Below are positions 19,391-30,115 of a stretch of 64,000 nucleotides of DNA, piece by piece (the first letter of the stretch is position 1; every line of letters starts with the position of its first letter). The translations under genes and the position numbers were made by a program. The notes below the pieces were generated by a model. It was not told the DNA's origin and did no database searches. It saw only the letters and a list, made by a program, of their open reading frames with translations. The DNA comes from Opitutales bacterium (GTDB lineage: Bacteria; Verrucomicrobiota; Verrucomicrobiia; Opitutales; JABSRG01): positions 13,649-77,648 of the forward strand of contig JBMYOQ010000015.1 of assembly GCA_049599475.1 (NCBI GenBank), read 5' to 3'.

Positions 19391-19900
19391 ATGAATACTA
19401 AATGTGCAATGCGGTTATCAGCCCTCTTTGGATTGGCCGCCCTGTTTGTATTGTCCGGCTGTAAAAGCCTCCCGCGGTCGGGTGTGTCTGACCCTCGGGG
19501 AGCCGCCTTACCTCCTTTCACGGTGTATTCCGAAGACACTCCACAGGTGGTTTTGCCTTCTGGCTTCGAGTCTGGCGGTGTTTTGGTGATTATTTATAAA
19601 GAGTCTGGACGCGATGATGCGCAGCAATGGCTCAATGCCATGGTGGCTCAACCCTTGAGCAAACCCGCAGTCGTTGTGGAAACGAATCCCGAATGGGGCG
19701 ATATCGACTGGAGCAGCGAGACTTTACCAGGCAGTGCCAGTATCGAAGAGGTATATCCCTTGATCGAACTGACTGGAGCTGAGCGGCCAGATTTGGCACG
19801 TGTGATTTATTTCAACGAGACTGGGCGCATCGTTTGGTTGTGGGATGGCGGCTTTCACGAATTAAAACTAGCTGAGCTACGGGCGGCCCTGCGTCCATGA
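19391..19900 (+). CDS. Hypothetical lipoprotein (possible thioredoxin-like fold)
   Basis: Lipobox LSGC; overlaps the birA start. Start codon uncertain. Confidence 0.6.
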   Translation: MNTKCAMRLSALFGLAALFVLSGCKSLPRSGVSDPRGAALPPFTVYSEDTPQVVLPSGFESGGVLVIIYKESGRDDAQQWLNAMVAQPLSKPAVVVETNPEWGDIDWSSETLPGSASIEEVYPLIELTGAERPDLARVIYFNETGRIVWLWDGGFHELKLAELRAALRP

Positions 19901-20898
19901 GCGAACCGCTAGAGGTAAGTCCACGCGTAAGAATCTTAAGAGAGCTGGGTAAGGATCCCGGTGCTTATGTTTCTGGGGGGCTTCTGTCCGAAATGCTCGG
20001 GGTGTCCCGAGTGACAGTTTGGAAATATTTTGAGCAATTGCGGGAGGACGGCTTCGAGTTTGAAGCTGCTCGTAAGCGCGGGTATCGAATCTTAAAGACT
20101 CCGGTGAATTCTCATGAGGATTGGCTGCGAGCCCTCATCCTCGACGCTGGCCTCAACGATGTCTCGGCGAGTGTTTTTGAGAATTTGGATAGCACAAACT
20201 CAGAGGCCGAGCGATGGCTCTCTAAGGGTGGGCGCACACCGCATTTCATCGTAGCGCGATCTCAGTCTGCTGGACGAGGGCGCCAAGGCCGCGAATGGAA
20301 AAGTGAGACTGAGGGCAATTTGTATCTCTCAGCGGTGTTTCGTCCGGATCTATTACCGAGCCAGATGCAGCTGTTTACGCTTTGGGCGGGTTTGCACGTG
20401 GCCCGTGCGCTGCGAACGTTTGACGAAAGAATCCAGATTAAATGGCCGAATGATCTGTGGATCGAAGGAAGCAAATGTGCGGGTATGTTGACCGAGGCAC
20501 GGATCGACGCTGACCGTACGCGCGACCTTATTTTCGGCTTGGGATTAAATATCAATTTTGCGCCTACTGCAGATGGAGTTCAGTCTGCAAAACTGGTCGG
20601 TGAGGAAGCTTCTCTTTTGCCGGTGACACGAATCGCCGCTCGTGTGATTGCTGCGATTATGGAAGCCTATGATTCCCTGCGAGAGAAAAGTGCTTCCAAG
20701 TGCCTGGCAGCCTTGTGGCCTGCTTACGATCTATTGTTGGGCAAAGAGGTCGAAATGACTGAGGGAAACCGGCGAGTTCAGGGCGTTGGGCGAGGCATCC
20801 GGGAAGACGGTGCACTCCGCCTCGAGTTACCCGATGGAGAAATGCGCTACATCCACTCAGGCGAGGTCCGGCATGTTCGGCCGAATCTATCGAAATAG
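19897..20898 (+). CDS. birA: Bifunctional biotin ligase/repressor BirA
   Basis: N-terminal HTH; DSTN, QSAGRGRQGREW, KWPND, KCAGML. Confidence 0.95.
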   Translation: MSEPLEVSPRVRILRELGKDPGAYVSGGLLSEMLGVSRVTVWKYFEQLREDGFEFEAARKRGYRILKTPVNSHEDWLRALILDAGLNDVSASVFENLDSTNSEAERWLSKGGRTPHFIVARSQSAGRGRQGREWKSETEGNLYLSAVFRPDLLPSQMQLFTLWAGLHVARALRTFDERIQIKWPNDLWIEGSKCAGMLTEARIDADRTRDLIFGLGLNINFAPTADGVQSAKLVGEEASLLPVTRIAARVIAAIMEAYDSLREKSASKCLAALWPAYDLLLGKEVEMTEGNRRVQGVGRGIREDGALRLELPDGEMRYIHSGEVRHVRPNLSK

Positions 20899-20899
20899 T

Positions 20900-21613
20900 C
20901 TAAAAGTAAGCCGGAGATAAGATCAGCTGAATGCGCGGGTCTGACTCGGCGAGCGTTACTTTCTGCAAAGATTGACTATCGAAATCGATGAAATCGAGAG
21001 CAGCGGCAATCATCCTTGGTACATAGTAACGCAGATCTTCAGATTCATTTCGGTTGCGCACCTCGACCATCCAGATCTCTTTGCGCTCTCCGTCAGGGCT
21101 ATCTGGTGAAGCCGAATAGGCCCGCATTACGAGAGATTTTTCATAGTAGGTGTCAGCCCGCAATTCCGTGTCCCAGCCGACCATGCGTTGTCTGCTCGGA
21201 TAGTATGAATATACGACTCGTGTTTCCACGTTCCCATTCTTGTCATATACTTTGACAAGCCTCTGGCGATAGCCGCCGCCGGTGTAAGCGTAGACGGGTT
21301 CTGAGCGCTCGCGGATTTTGGTCTGAGGTTCGCTGATTTGAAAACCCAGCTCGATAATAAGGTCGGCTTCCGTTCCAATCTCCGCTTCCCGGTATCCTTC
21401 GGAGATGAGGGCCGTGCGAGCATAGCGAGAGGCTTCTTGGAATTGTAAAGACCCCGGCTCTTCGATCTCCGGTCCGGCAGCAATGGCAAAGGTCCTATAA
21501 TCACCAATCGGTGCTGGGTGATTGATTGAGTTTACCGAAAACGAATGGGTCGTCTCGCAGCCGACGAAAGCCAGCGAGGTGATAACAAAGGCTGAGATAA
21601 GGAAACTTTTCAT
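20900..21613 (-). CDS. Lipoprotein, DUF4136-like
   Basis: Lipobox FVGC; YRTFAI..L..GY..ADL architecture. Confidence 0.65.
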   Translation of the reverse strand: MKSFLISAFVITSLAFVGCETTHSFSVNSINHPAPIGDYRTFAIAAGPEIEEPGSLQFQEASRYARTALISEGYREAEIGTEADLIIELGFQISEPQTKIRERSEPVYAYTGGGYRQRLVKVYDKNGNVETRVVYSYYPSRQRMVGWDTELRADTYYEKSLVMRAYSASPDSPDGERKEIWMVEVRNRNESEDLRYYVPRMIAAALDFIDFDSQSLQKVTLAESDPRIQLILSPAYF

Positions 21614-21627
21614 TGTATTCTAGGAGC

Positions 21628-23586
21628 TTAGGTGGCTCGGGTGAATTCCTCTAGAAAGCTAAATACCTCTTTGGGTTTCATAGGTTTTACAATAAATGCA
21701 TTCATCCCGACTTCTTGGGCCTTTTGCCGATTCTCATCGGTGGTGTGTGCGGTGATGGCTGCGATAGGCACATTTTTGTGGCAAGCCCCCGCAGAGCCTG
21801 CGCGAATCTTAGAAGTGGCCTCGAATCCATCGATACCTGGCATGTGCAGGTCCATTAAGACGGCGTCATACTCGGTCTCTGCCATTAGCTCCAATGCGCG
21901 TTCACCGCTCTCCGCCAATTCAACGTGGATTCCAGGGCGATGCTTTAGGAAATGAGAAATAAGTCGGAGGTTGATATCATTATCATCCACCGCAAGCAGC
22001 CGTACCTGTGTCTCTACCTTTGCGGGCTCTTCGCCCTTATTGTCCGCATCTTCTGGCGAATCCTGCTTATCTTCCGAGACTGGAAGGGGAAGTTGTAGAA
22101 TCGCCACCGTGCCATAGGGCATACCAGGCTCGATGTGGAGGCTACCTCCCATCATTTCGGCAAACTTGAGAGATATCGCCAGTCCTAGACCGGTGCCACC
22201 GAAACGCTCGAATGTGAAAGGCTCGGCTTGTTTAAAAGGCTGAAATACGCGTTTGAGCGCGGCTTCATCGATCCCGACTCCTGTGTCTTTCACCAGAAAC
22301 TGAATATTGTCTGAATTCGGAATTTTCCGGATCTTGATCGAGATGCTTCCCTTGCGCGTAAATTTTTCAGCGTTGGACAGGAGGTTATTTAAGATTTGGG
22401 TGATCCGGAGAGGGTCGCCCCTATGAGACTCGGGAATCTCGTGATCCCAGGTGACTTCAAATTTGATCCCTTTTGCTTCGATGCGATTGCGGAAAATTTG
22501 GCCAAGGTTTTCGATGATCGAAGCAATCGAAAACTGCTTGTTCCGAATCTGCATTTCACCCGCCTCGATTTTGGTGAAATCGAGGACGTCATCGATCAAG
22601 GCTTGAAGGGTGTTTGAGCAGGTTTGTATCGATTTTACAAACTCGCTGGAATCATCCTCGGGAGGCGCATGCGAGAGTAGCTCAGCAAACCCCACAATCC
22701 CATTCAGAGGGGTGCGCATTTCGTGGCTCAGCGTGGCTACAAATTCGCTTTTCGAACGGCTCGCCGCCACTGCGTGCTCGCGTTGTTCCTCGAGGCTACG
22801 CCGCTCTGCGACGTACGGATCGATGTCTACGATGGTTACGAATACATTCGTTAAATGCTTTGGGTCGTCTGGAAAACGAATATAGATGCGCGTTTGGTTT
22901 AAGCGTTTGTTTGCCGTATCGATGGGAGCTTCGATCTCCAGATGAGTTTTGCCCTCGGATATTGCGACGAGCTCTTCAATAAACGCTGGGTAAGTGGGTT
23001 CGCGCAGAGTCTTTGTAAGGCGCCCGACAATGTCTCCTTTGGAGATTTTCATGATGTCGAGAGCAGCTTGATTGACATCCTTAATGATCACCAGGTCGGC
23101 CAGTTTTCGGACCACTTCGTAATCATTTTCGAGGTAGTCGCGTAGCTCTTGCGGACTCTTGGGAAGCTTGCTCTTGAGATACCTATCTACCGCGGAGAAA
23201 TCTTCCACATACATCGGTATTGGGCAGGCTTGAAAGACCGTCTCATAGAAAATGACCTCCCGATCGCTGGCCGGCTTCAATGTAGGAAAACTGAGCAGCC
23301 AGTCGCCCTCAATGTGTTCGGAATCTAGGGGCTGCATGTGGATGGTGCCCCATTCGCGGAAAAAGATATGTTTTTCCCCGGCATCTGAAGCCGTAACTGC
23401 ATACTCGATGCGGCTGGAAATCCATGCTCTAACTTCGGGCGAGAACTCGTGAATACTCGCGATGTTGTGTCCAATGTAGCTTTGCAATGCGTTGTTGATC
23501 CAGCGCACGCTCCCGTCTGAACCCACCAGACAGTAGCCAGTCGGAGACTTATCGAGGATTAAACGTTGCGGAGCTTCGAGAAGCAT
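21628..23586 (-). CDS. Cytoplasmic hybrid sensor histidine kinase (PAS-like, HisKA, HATPase, REC)
   Basis: SHEMRTPLNG, NLLSNAEKFT, DTGVGI, GGTGLGLAIS, LMDLHMPGIDG. Confidence 0.93.
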   Translation of the reverse strand: MLLEAPQRLILDKSPTGYCLVGSDGSVRWINNALQSYIGHNIASIHEFSPEVRAWISSRIEYAVTASDAGEKHIFFREWGTIHMQPLDSEHIEGDWLLSFPTLKPASDREVIFYETVFQACPIPMYVEDFSAVDRYLKSKLPKSPQELRDYLENDYEVVRKLADLVIIKDVNQAALDIMKISKGDIVGRLTKTLREPTYPAFIEELVAISEGKTHLEIEAPIDTANKRLNQTRIYIRFPDDPKHLTNVFVTIVDIDPYVAERRSLEEQREHAVAASRSKSEFVATLSHEMRTPLNGIVGFAELLSHAPPEDDSSEFVKSIQTCSNTLQALIDDVLDFTKIEAGEMQIRNKQFSIASIIENLGQIFRNRIEAKGIKFEVTWDHEIPESHRGDPLRITQILNNLLSNAEKFTRKGSISIKIRKIPNSDNIQFLVKDTGVGIDEAALKRVFQPFKQAEPFTFERFGGTGLGLAISLKFAEMMGGSLHIEPGMPYGTVAILQLPLPVSEDKQDSPEDADNKGEEPAKVETQVRLLAVDDNDINLRLISHFLKHRPGIHVELAESGERALELMAETEYDAVLMDLHMPGIDGFEATSKIRAGSAGACHKNVPIAAITAHTTDENRQKAQEVGMNAFIVKPMKPKEVFSFLEEFTRAT

Positions 23587-23591
23587 CGATA

Positions 23592-24653
23592 TCAGCTATG
23601 CTGGTACCAGTGGACAGATGCAAACACTGCTTTGCGTAAATTTGTCGTGATGGCTCCCAAATCCCATACGCCTTGATGTGCTTTGAGTCTCATAGCGGCT
23701 TTGGGCATACTCGCAATGGAGCAAGTTTTCTCCGATTGGACGGCAGTGAACGCCCCCGCGCGCTTGAGCTCTTTGAGTCCATCTGCACCGTCGTCGCCCA
23801 TACCCGTCATAAGCAGTGCGACGATTCCGTTGGACTTCGAACTCTTCGCGCCCGACTTGAATAGAGCATCGACGGAAGGTTTTTGTCCTTTGATGGGCTC
23901 TCCTAGCATCAGTTTGGCTTCGTAAAAACCACGATTTGACCATGACACGAGTAAATGTGCGTCACCTGGACTGATGTAGACGTGGCCCTGTTTTAGACGT
24001 TCACCATCCTTGGCCTCAGTTACTGTAACGCGACTTAGCGAATCGAGGCGCTTGGCCATCACATCGGTCATGCTTGCTGGCATGTGCTGAGTGATGCAGA
24101 TCGGCGGCATGTCTCTGGGTAAATCTTGTAGAATGGTCTGGAGGGCTCGGGGACCTCCTGTTGAAGCACCGATTAAAACGAGTATCTCCGGGGGGAGATT
24201 TTTGGGTTGTTTGTGGTGAGGTTTGAAATCTGGCGGCTTATGGCCGGTCCGTCGCCTTACTTGGGCTTTAGCAGCACTCGCTAAGCGGTCGCAAAAATTT
24301 GGCTGAGACACGGAAGATTGGCCGGAGGAGCTGGTTTTTTCGATGACATCCAGCGCTCCATACTCCAGGGCAAGCGAGGCATTTTTCGAGCCCTCTCCTG
24401 CCATGCCACTATGGATGACCACGGGGAGTGGTCGCTCCTTCATGATAATCTTGAGGAAATCGAGCCCATCGATACCGGGAAGGCCGATATCTAGAATCAC
24501 CAAATCTGGTTTCTTCTCTAGAATGAGCGTCTTTGCCTGGTAGGCATCTTCCGCGGTTTGAATGCTTTCGAAACGTGAGTCGCGGGAGATTACCTCTTTG
24601 AGGGCTCTTAGGGCGACTTTCGAGTCGTCTACGATGATTGCTGAGAATCCCAT
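23592..24653 (-). CDS. cheB: Protein-glutamate methylesterase CheB (REC + methylesterase)
   Basis: REC LDIGLP; catalytic GASTGG, QHMP and TGMGDDGA motifs. Confidence 0.92.
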   Translation of the reverse strand: MGFSAIIVDDSKVALRALKEVISRDSRFESIQTAEDAYQAKTLILEKKPDLVILDIGLPGIDGLDFLKIIMKERPLPVVIHSGMAGEGSKNASLALEYGALDVIEKTSSSGQSSVSQPNFCDRLASAAKAQVRRRTGHKPPDFKPHHKQPKNLPPEILVLIGASTGGPRALQTILQDLPRDMPPICITQHMPASMTDVMAKRLDSLSRVTVTEAKDGERLKQGHVYISPGDAHLLVSWSNRGFYEAKLMLGEPIKGQKPSVDALFKSGAKSSKSNGIVALLMTGMGDDGADGLKELKRAGAFTAVQSEKTCSIASMPKAAMRLKAHQGVWDLGAITTNLRKAVFASVHWYQHS

Positions 24654-24798
24654 ATTGTTTACTGTCCTAACAGGAAAAATTTCGGGGATTCAGCGTGCAG
24701 CTTTAGAAAGTATTCGGATTTTCTGGGTTAAAATCATGAAGATAGAAGGAAAGGCGATCATGCACGCGTTTAATCGTTATTACACTTGCCTAAGTAAT

Positions 24799-25422
24799 AT
24801 GAGCCCCATCTGGATAACAGCAGTGAATGAAGCCCTTTCGTCAGAGAAGTCGTCTGAAACGGAATTTGACTCCGTGTTGGATTCGATAACGGCCGGTATG
24901 GTCGAAGGGCGTGAGGCCGATTTTTCCCAGTTTTGTAGGCGCTATAGTCAGGCGCTGCATCGCTATTGTCTGAAAATAGTGAAAGGCGACGATGCGGGAA
25001 GCTACGAGCTGCATCAGCAAGTGCTCATCCGTATTGCTCGATATCCGAAACATATAAGCGATGAGAAAGCGCTCTGGCGATGGATGTCGCGCGTCGTGCG
25101 CACCACTCAAATTGATATCCATCGCAAGCAGAAACGCTATGGCGCGGCGATGCGTGCGTATTGGGAGCATGTCACTACGCAGCCAAAGAATCCGCAATCG
25201 AGTGATGCGAGCCTTTCGACGACGCTCCTCGAAGTTTTGGGAGATATGTCTGATGGGGACCGCGAATTGATCGAAAAGAAATATCTCGGAGGCTGGTCCT
25301 ATCAGGCTTTGGCCGAGCATTTTGACGTCTCCGAAAAAGCAGTGGAGTCCCGCCTTACGCGGGCCCGAACTAAGTTACGCGAACGGGCGATACAGCGCCT
25401 TAATCAGGACAAATCTCAGTAA
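24799..25422 (+). CDS. ECF RNA polymerase sigma factor
   Basis: Sigma2 (LWRWMSRVVR..ID.HRK) and sigma4 (SYQALAEHFDVSEKAVESRLTRAR). Start uncertain. Confidence 0.85.
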   Translation: MSPIWITAVNEALSSEKSSETEFDSVLDSITAGMVEGREADFSQFCRRYSQALHRYCLKIVKGDDAGSYELHQQVLIRIARYPKHISDEKALWRWMSRVVRTTQIDIHRKQKRYGAAMRAYWEHVTTQPKNPQSSDASLSTTLLEVLGDMSDGDRELIEKKYLGGWSYQALAEHFDVSEKAVESRLTRARTKLRERAIQRLNQDKSQ

Positions 25423-25427
25423 AGACC

Positions 25428-25991
25428 ATGAAATTCGAAGGTAAACCTGACCCCTTGCTTGAAGTTTATTCCGAAAACGAACGTCTCGAGGCTAATGAGC
25501 GTGCGGCGATAGCTGAGATGCGCGCGAACTCTAAGCAGTCTGAGGGCGCTACCATTTTCGGAGCCCAGGGAATGTTGGCGATCGGCGCTTGTTGTGCGGC
25601 AATCGTGGCCTGTTTTGTATACTTACAGACGCAGCCGGCGGAAGAGCCTTCCGTCATGGATGTTGCCGCTTCTGAACAAGAGCGTGATTTCCGTGCTGCA
25701 GCCGGTGCCTCGGCTCAGCGGTCTCAATTGGGTACCCAGGAAATCAATGTCAGCGATGTATCGGTGGCGTCTCAATTTTATGTAGATACCCTCGGGTTTG
25801 AGGTCGTTGCGACACAGCCAGAGGTCGCAATCCTAGAGTATGGAGATGCCCGTGTGCTTCTAAAGCAGAGTCCATCTGCGGGGACTGGGACGATATCTAT
25901 TTTTGTAGATACCGGAGATGTTTCCCAGGATTACATTTTTAAGGTGTCTGATCCCGACGGAAACCAGGTCCAATTTATAGAGAGGAATTAA
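25428..25991 (+). CDS. Single-TM protein with C-terminal VOC/glyoxalase-like domain; candidate anti-sigma factor
   Basis: TM GMLAIGACCAAIVACFVYL; VSDVSVASQFYVDTLGF...DPDGNQVQF. Confidence 0.7.
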   Translation: MKFEGKPDPLLEVYSENERLEANERAAIAEMRANSKQSEGATIFGAQGMLAIGACCAAIVACFVYLQTQPAEEPSVMDVAASEQERDFRAAAGASAQRSQLGTQEINVSDVSVASQFYVDTLGFEVVATQPEVAILEYGDARVLLKQSPSAGTGTISIFVDTGDVSQDYIFKVSDPDGNQVQFIERN

Positions 25992-26060
25992 TCTCGCTCT
26001 CTTTCGGGCGAACGGTGTTTACCGATTGCATATCGGGCATCAAGGCATTTGCTGCTCCGC

Positions 26061-26486
26061 ATGACACCTGAATCTGCGCCACGAACCGGTCATGATGATA
26101 TTCATGGCCTTAAGTATTTCCCTCGTATGCTCGACAAAATCCGTAAATACCAAGCGGGTACCTTGCACGAGGATTTTCACCCAAATTTGGGCATCTCTAT
26201 GGATGGTCAATTGTGCGATATCCTGAATGTCGACTACGCGAAACTCCGCGCATTCGTCGAAGCAGGAGCGACCGACCAAGAAGCCTATGAGTGGTGTGAG
26301 AAGGAAGGCCGCCCGATTACCGAGAATTTCAAGATCGTTTGGAATGGCTTTGCAAACAAGCTTGGTTGGGACGATCACATCACTGACAAGCTTGCATTGC
26401 GCAAAGAGCAAAGTGGCTTGGGCGATCGAGATGACATCGTCTACATGATCGATTATTTCGATTTCGACGAAGGCCGCCGGTCTTAG
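26061..26486 (+). CDS. DUF5069-like protein
   Basis: PR..GLKYFPRMLDKIR..G.L..D..MDGQL pattern. Confidence 0.75.
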   Translation: MTPESAPRTGHDDIHGLKYFPRMLDKIRKYQAGTLHEDFHPNLGISMDGQLCDILNVDYAKLRAFVEAGATDQEAYEWCEKEGRPITENFKIVWNGFANKLGWDDHITDKLALRKEQSGLGDRDDIVYMIDYFDFDEGRRS

Positions 26487-26549
26487 TTTGCGCTATTTTT
26501 GGAAAGTGGCTTGAAAAGCAAACGCGTCTTGGCACTTTCTGGCCTACCT

Positions 26550-27696
26550 ATGATCAGTCCAGAAACGCGCAGCATTATCGAAGAAATCGTCCGTCGGGCC
26601 GGCCACTTATGGAGGTATCTTTGACGTCGATTCTAAGAAAACACGCATCGCAGACTTGGAAAAAGAAATGGCCGACCCGGCTTTTTGGGATGATCCAAAT
26701 AACTCCCAGAAAGTCATCGCCGAGGCCAATACTCTAAAAGTTTCGATCAAGGAACTCGTCGCTTATCAGGAGCGAGTTGACGATATGACGGCCATGCAGG
26801 AACTGATCGCAGAAGTCGATGAAGATGAAGCTGAGCTCTATGCCTCAGAGCTCGAGGAGACGGCAAACGCACTATACTCCGAAATCGACCGCATCGAAAT
26901 CGCTAGCTTCCTTGATGGGCAGTTGGATAAAAACAACGCGATCCTTTCGATCAATGCAGGAGCAGGGGGTACCGAGTCCTGCGACTGGGCAGACATGCTT
27001 CTACGCATGTATTCCCGCTGGGCAGAGCGGCAGGGCTACGAGGTAGAAATTCTTGATCTGGTTCCAGGTGAAGAGGCTGGAATCTCCAAGGCGACCCTGG
27101 CCATCAAGGGTGCAAACGCTTACGGATACGCGCGCGCAGAACGCGGAGTCCATCGCCTGGTGCGTATCAGTCCTTTTGATTCAAATAAACGCAGGCATAC
27201 ATCATTCTGTGCTGTGGACGTGATTGCCGAAGTGGACGATGATATCGATATTGAGATTCGCACTGAAGATTTGCGTATCGATACCTATCGGGCGTCGGGC
27301 AAAGGCGGACAACACGTCAATAAGACGGAGTCCGCGATACGTCTTACGCACATCCCTTCAGGGCTTGTCGTGGCCTGTCAAAATGAGCGTTCTCAGCACA
27401 AAAATAAAGCTACGGCTATGAAAATGCTAAAGTCCCGGTTGTACGAGAAAATTGAGGACGAAAAGCGCTCTGAAATGGAAAAATTTTACGGGGATAAAGG
27501 CGAAATAGGCTGGGGTAACCAAATCCGAAGTTACGTCTTTCAGCCGTATCAGATGGTCAAAGACTTGCGTATCGGCGTGGAAAACGGGAACGTGCAAGCC
27601 GTAATGGACGGAGACCTCGATAGTTTTATTCACAACTGGTTGCGTGCGGGTAAGCCGATGACGCGTAACAAAGAAATTCAGATGGAGGATGCCTGA
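26550..27696 (+). CDS. prfB: Peptide chain release factor 2 (programmed +1 frameshift)
   Basis: ATG 26550, 24 codons, then GGAGGTAT-CTT-TGA-C at 26611-26625. The +1 frame carries SPF and GGQ. Confidence 0.97.
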
Positions 27697-29101
27697 TATG
27701 AAATTTGAGGCACTACAAGAGGCGTTTGCCGCTCAAGAGCTCTTTGAGGATAAGACTTGGAAACTGTCCCCAGAGCCCTTCCGTCTCACGCCCCAGCAGC
27801 ACGCTGATATTTTGCAAATCGGCGATGCGTGCCTCGCATTTCATAATGCCCTCGAGTTCCTTTACACCAAAGCGTTTCAGGGGAAAAATTTGCTTAGAAA
27901 TTCTCCGCTCGTTGCGGAGTGGGTCGCCGACTATCTGGATCGAGGTAAGCCCGAATCTCTCAGGGATCATGCGCGAAGCAAAGCAGTGAAGGGGCAGATC
28001 CCTCGAGTTTTGCGTCCAGATTTGCTCTGGACTGATGATGGTTTTCAGGTGACGGAGCTCGACTCCGTGCCAGGGGGGATCGGTTTGACTGGGTACCTCA
28101 ACCAGCTCTATGCCGATGAATTCACTGATTCACTGGTGGGTGATAATACGTCGATGTTAGAAGCGTTTTATCAGGCATTGGTGGCGCATGTGCCCAGGAA
28201 TCATAGCCCTTTTGTGGCGATTGTGGTGTCTGACGAAGCCGCAACTTACCGACCCGAAATGGATTGGGTCGCCGAACAATTTCAGCGTTTGGGCCACCGC
28301 GTATTCGTGTTTCACCCTGAAGACTTGATGCCTTTAGGGGATGCCATGTGCGTGGACATGGACGGCAACCCACAGAAGGTGGATGTGATCTATCGTTTCT
28401 GGGAGCTCTTTGATTTGCCGAATGTTCCGATCGCCGATTTTCTTCTAAAAATGCGTCGCGAGCAGCAGGTCCTGGTAACCCCTCCAATGCGACCATTCCA
28501 GGAAGAGAAGTTGAATTTAGCTCTTTTCCATCATCATCTCCTGCAAGGTTTTTGGAAAGAAGCGCTGCCTAAGAAGGCTTATAAGACTTTAAAGAAGGTG
28601 ATTCCGCCCTCTTGGATTATGGACCCTCAGAAACTGCCTCCAGGGGCGGTGATCGACGGACCTTTGATTGGCGGGAAATTGATGCACTCTTGGGAACAGC
28701 TCAAGGATGCCTCGCAGAAGGAGCGTAATCTGATCTTAAAAATTTCTGGATTCCACGAAGATGCCTGGGGCGCACGTAGTGTAGTGCTAGGCAGTGACTG
28801 TTCCAAAGAAGAGTGGAATGAAGCCGTGGATGGTGCGATTGCCTCTGCCGACAACGCTTTGTATATCGTTCAGGAATACAAAAAACCTTCGCGAGTGCAG
28901 CATCCTGTCTACAGTGATGACGGTGAGCTCTACCAAATGCAGGGACGAGTCCGTATTTGTCCCTATTACTTCGTGACAAATGAAGCGTCTACGGAAAATA
29001 CCTTGGGCGGTATTTTGGCAACCATTTGTCCCGCGGATAAAAAAATCATTCATGGGATGAAAGATGCATCCCTTGTTCCTTGTCACGTTATAGATGCTTA
29101 A
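27689..29101 (+). CDS. Putative ATP-grasp ligase (glutathionylspermidine synthase/circularly permuted ATP-grasp-like)
   Basis: RPDLLW...[24 protein letters not shown]...GARSV, YIVQEY. Confidence 0.6.
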   Translation: MPDMKFEALQEAFAAQELFEDKTWKLSPEPFRLTPQQHADILQIGDACLAFHNALEFLYTKAFQGKNLLRNSPLVAEWVADYLDRGKPESLRDHARSKAVKGQIPRVLRPDLLWTDDGFQVTELDSVPGGIGLTGYLNQLYADEFTDSLVGDNTSMLEAFYQALVAHVPRNHSPFVAIVVSDEAATYRPEMDWVAEQFQRLGHRVFVFHPEDLMPLGDAMCVDMDGNPQKVDVIYRFWELFDLPNVPIADFLLKMRREQQVLVTPPMRPFQEEKLNLALFHHHLLQGFWKEALPKKAYKTLKKVIPPSWIMDPQKLPPGAVIDGPLIGGKLMHSWEQLKDASQKERNLILKISGFHEDAWGARSVVLGSDCSKEEWNEAVDGAIASADNALYIVQEYKKPSRVQHPVYSDDGELYQMQGRVRICPYYFVTNEASTENTLGGILATICPADKKIIHGMKDASLVPCHVIDA

Positions 29102-29399
29102 AATGGAAAAACCTCCTGAAGAGACTCCGGAAGAGGACAAACCTATCGATGTAATGGACATCCTTAAGGAAAACCTTGAGGTATCGAAGAAAAACGAGAA
29201 AGCCATCGATATTGTCAAAAAGAAGAGTAAGCGGAAGCGCGACTATTGGCTCATTTTGATTTTGACGAATCTTATCTTTGGAGGGCTTGCTATTACTTTT
29301 TCATCAAGTGTCGTGGCTCTGGTATACATCCTCTCCGGAGCTCTTATTTTCTCAGTAGCTTTCACATGGATAATGTGGGTGGTCTTGAGCGATTACTGA
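29094..29399 (+). CDS. Small two-TM membrane protein
   Basis: Charged N-terminus and two hydrophobic helices; overlaps the upstream stop. Confidence 0.7.
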   Translation: MLKMEKPPEETPEEDKPIDVMDILKENLEVSKKNEKAIDIVKKKSKRKRDYWLILILTNLIFGGLAITFSSSVVALVYILSGALIFSVAFTWIMWVVLSDY

Positions 29400-30115
29400 G
29401 GATTGGCTTCGCGTGATTCTTGAGGGTAGAGCACAAATTCGAAGCCTTGCGCTTTCGCCCAGTGAATAAATTCCTCTACGGCTGCAGGTAGCCAACTTTT
29501 GTCTACCGCGTATTTATCTTCGTTCGCCTTATAGCGCATCTCGTGCAAGACGATTGCGCCTCCGTTATTCTTAAGGACTTTATCTTTGATTTTGGACATT
29601 ACCTTTTCGGCATCTTCGGGGCCTGTGGCTGCATCGTAAACGAAGAGAGTGACATAGGCGTATTCCAAATCGAATTCTTTTGTGATTTTCTTAACTGCGG
29701 GAGTTTTGATTCCCAGTGGTGGCCTAAAGTAGCGTGCCGTGAAATCCGTGTCTGTAGATAGTGACTCAAGGAGCTCTATACACGCAATTGTCTCTTGCCG
29801 GAGCTTTTTTGTCGATGTAAGGCTCGTGAGAGTGTGTTCGTATGAATGCAGCACCATCAGGTGGCCTGCATTGATGGCACGTGTTACAATCTCCGGATGT
29901 TCTTCGATGTTTTTGCCTATATAGCAAAAGGCTGCGGGTGTTTCGGTTCGTTCAAGAACATCGAGGAGTTCGTTGGAGACGCGGGCCGATGGCCCATCGT
30001 CGAAGGATAAAATTATCTTCCCGTTTTGGCTCGGATAAAGGTCTTTATCCAGGATTGTACAGGCGCTCGTAAACATAGTCAGAAAACTCAATACAATTAG
30101 TCGAGATGCATTCAT
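29393..30115 (-). CDS. Polysaccharide deacetylase (NodB/CE4) lipoprotein
   Basis: Lipobox TSAC; SFDDGP, HSYEH, FRPPLG, VLHE. Confidence 0.88.
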   Translation of the reverse strand: MNASRLIVLSFLTMFTSACTILDKDLYPSQNGKIILSFDDGPSARVSNELLDVLERTETPAAFCYIGKNIEEHPEIVTRAINAGHLMVLHSYEHTLTSLTSTKKLRQETIACIELLESLSTDTDFTARYFRPPLGIKTPAVKKITKEFDLEYAYVTLFVYDAATGPEDAEKVMSKIKDKVLKNNGGAIVLHEMRYKANEDKYAVDKSWLPAAVEEFIHWAKAQGFEFVLYPQESREANPQ

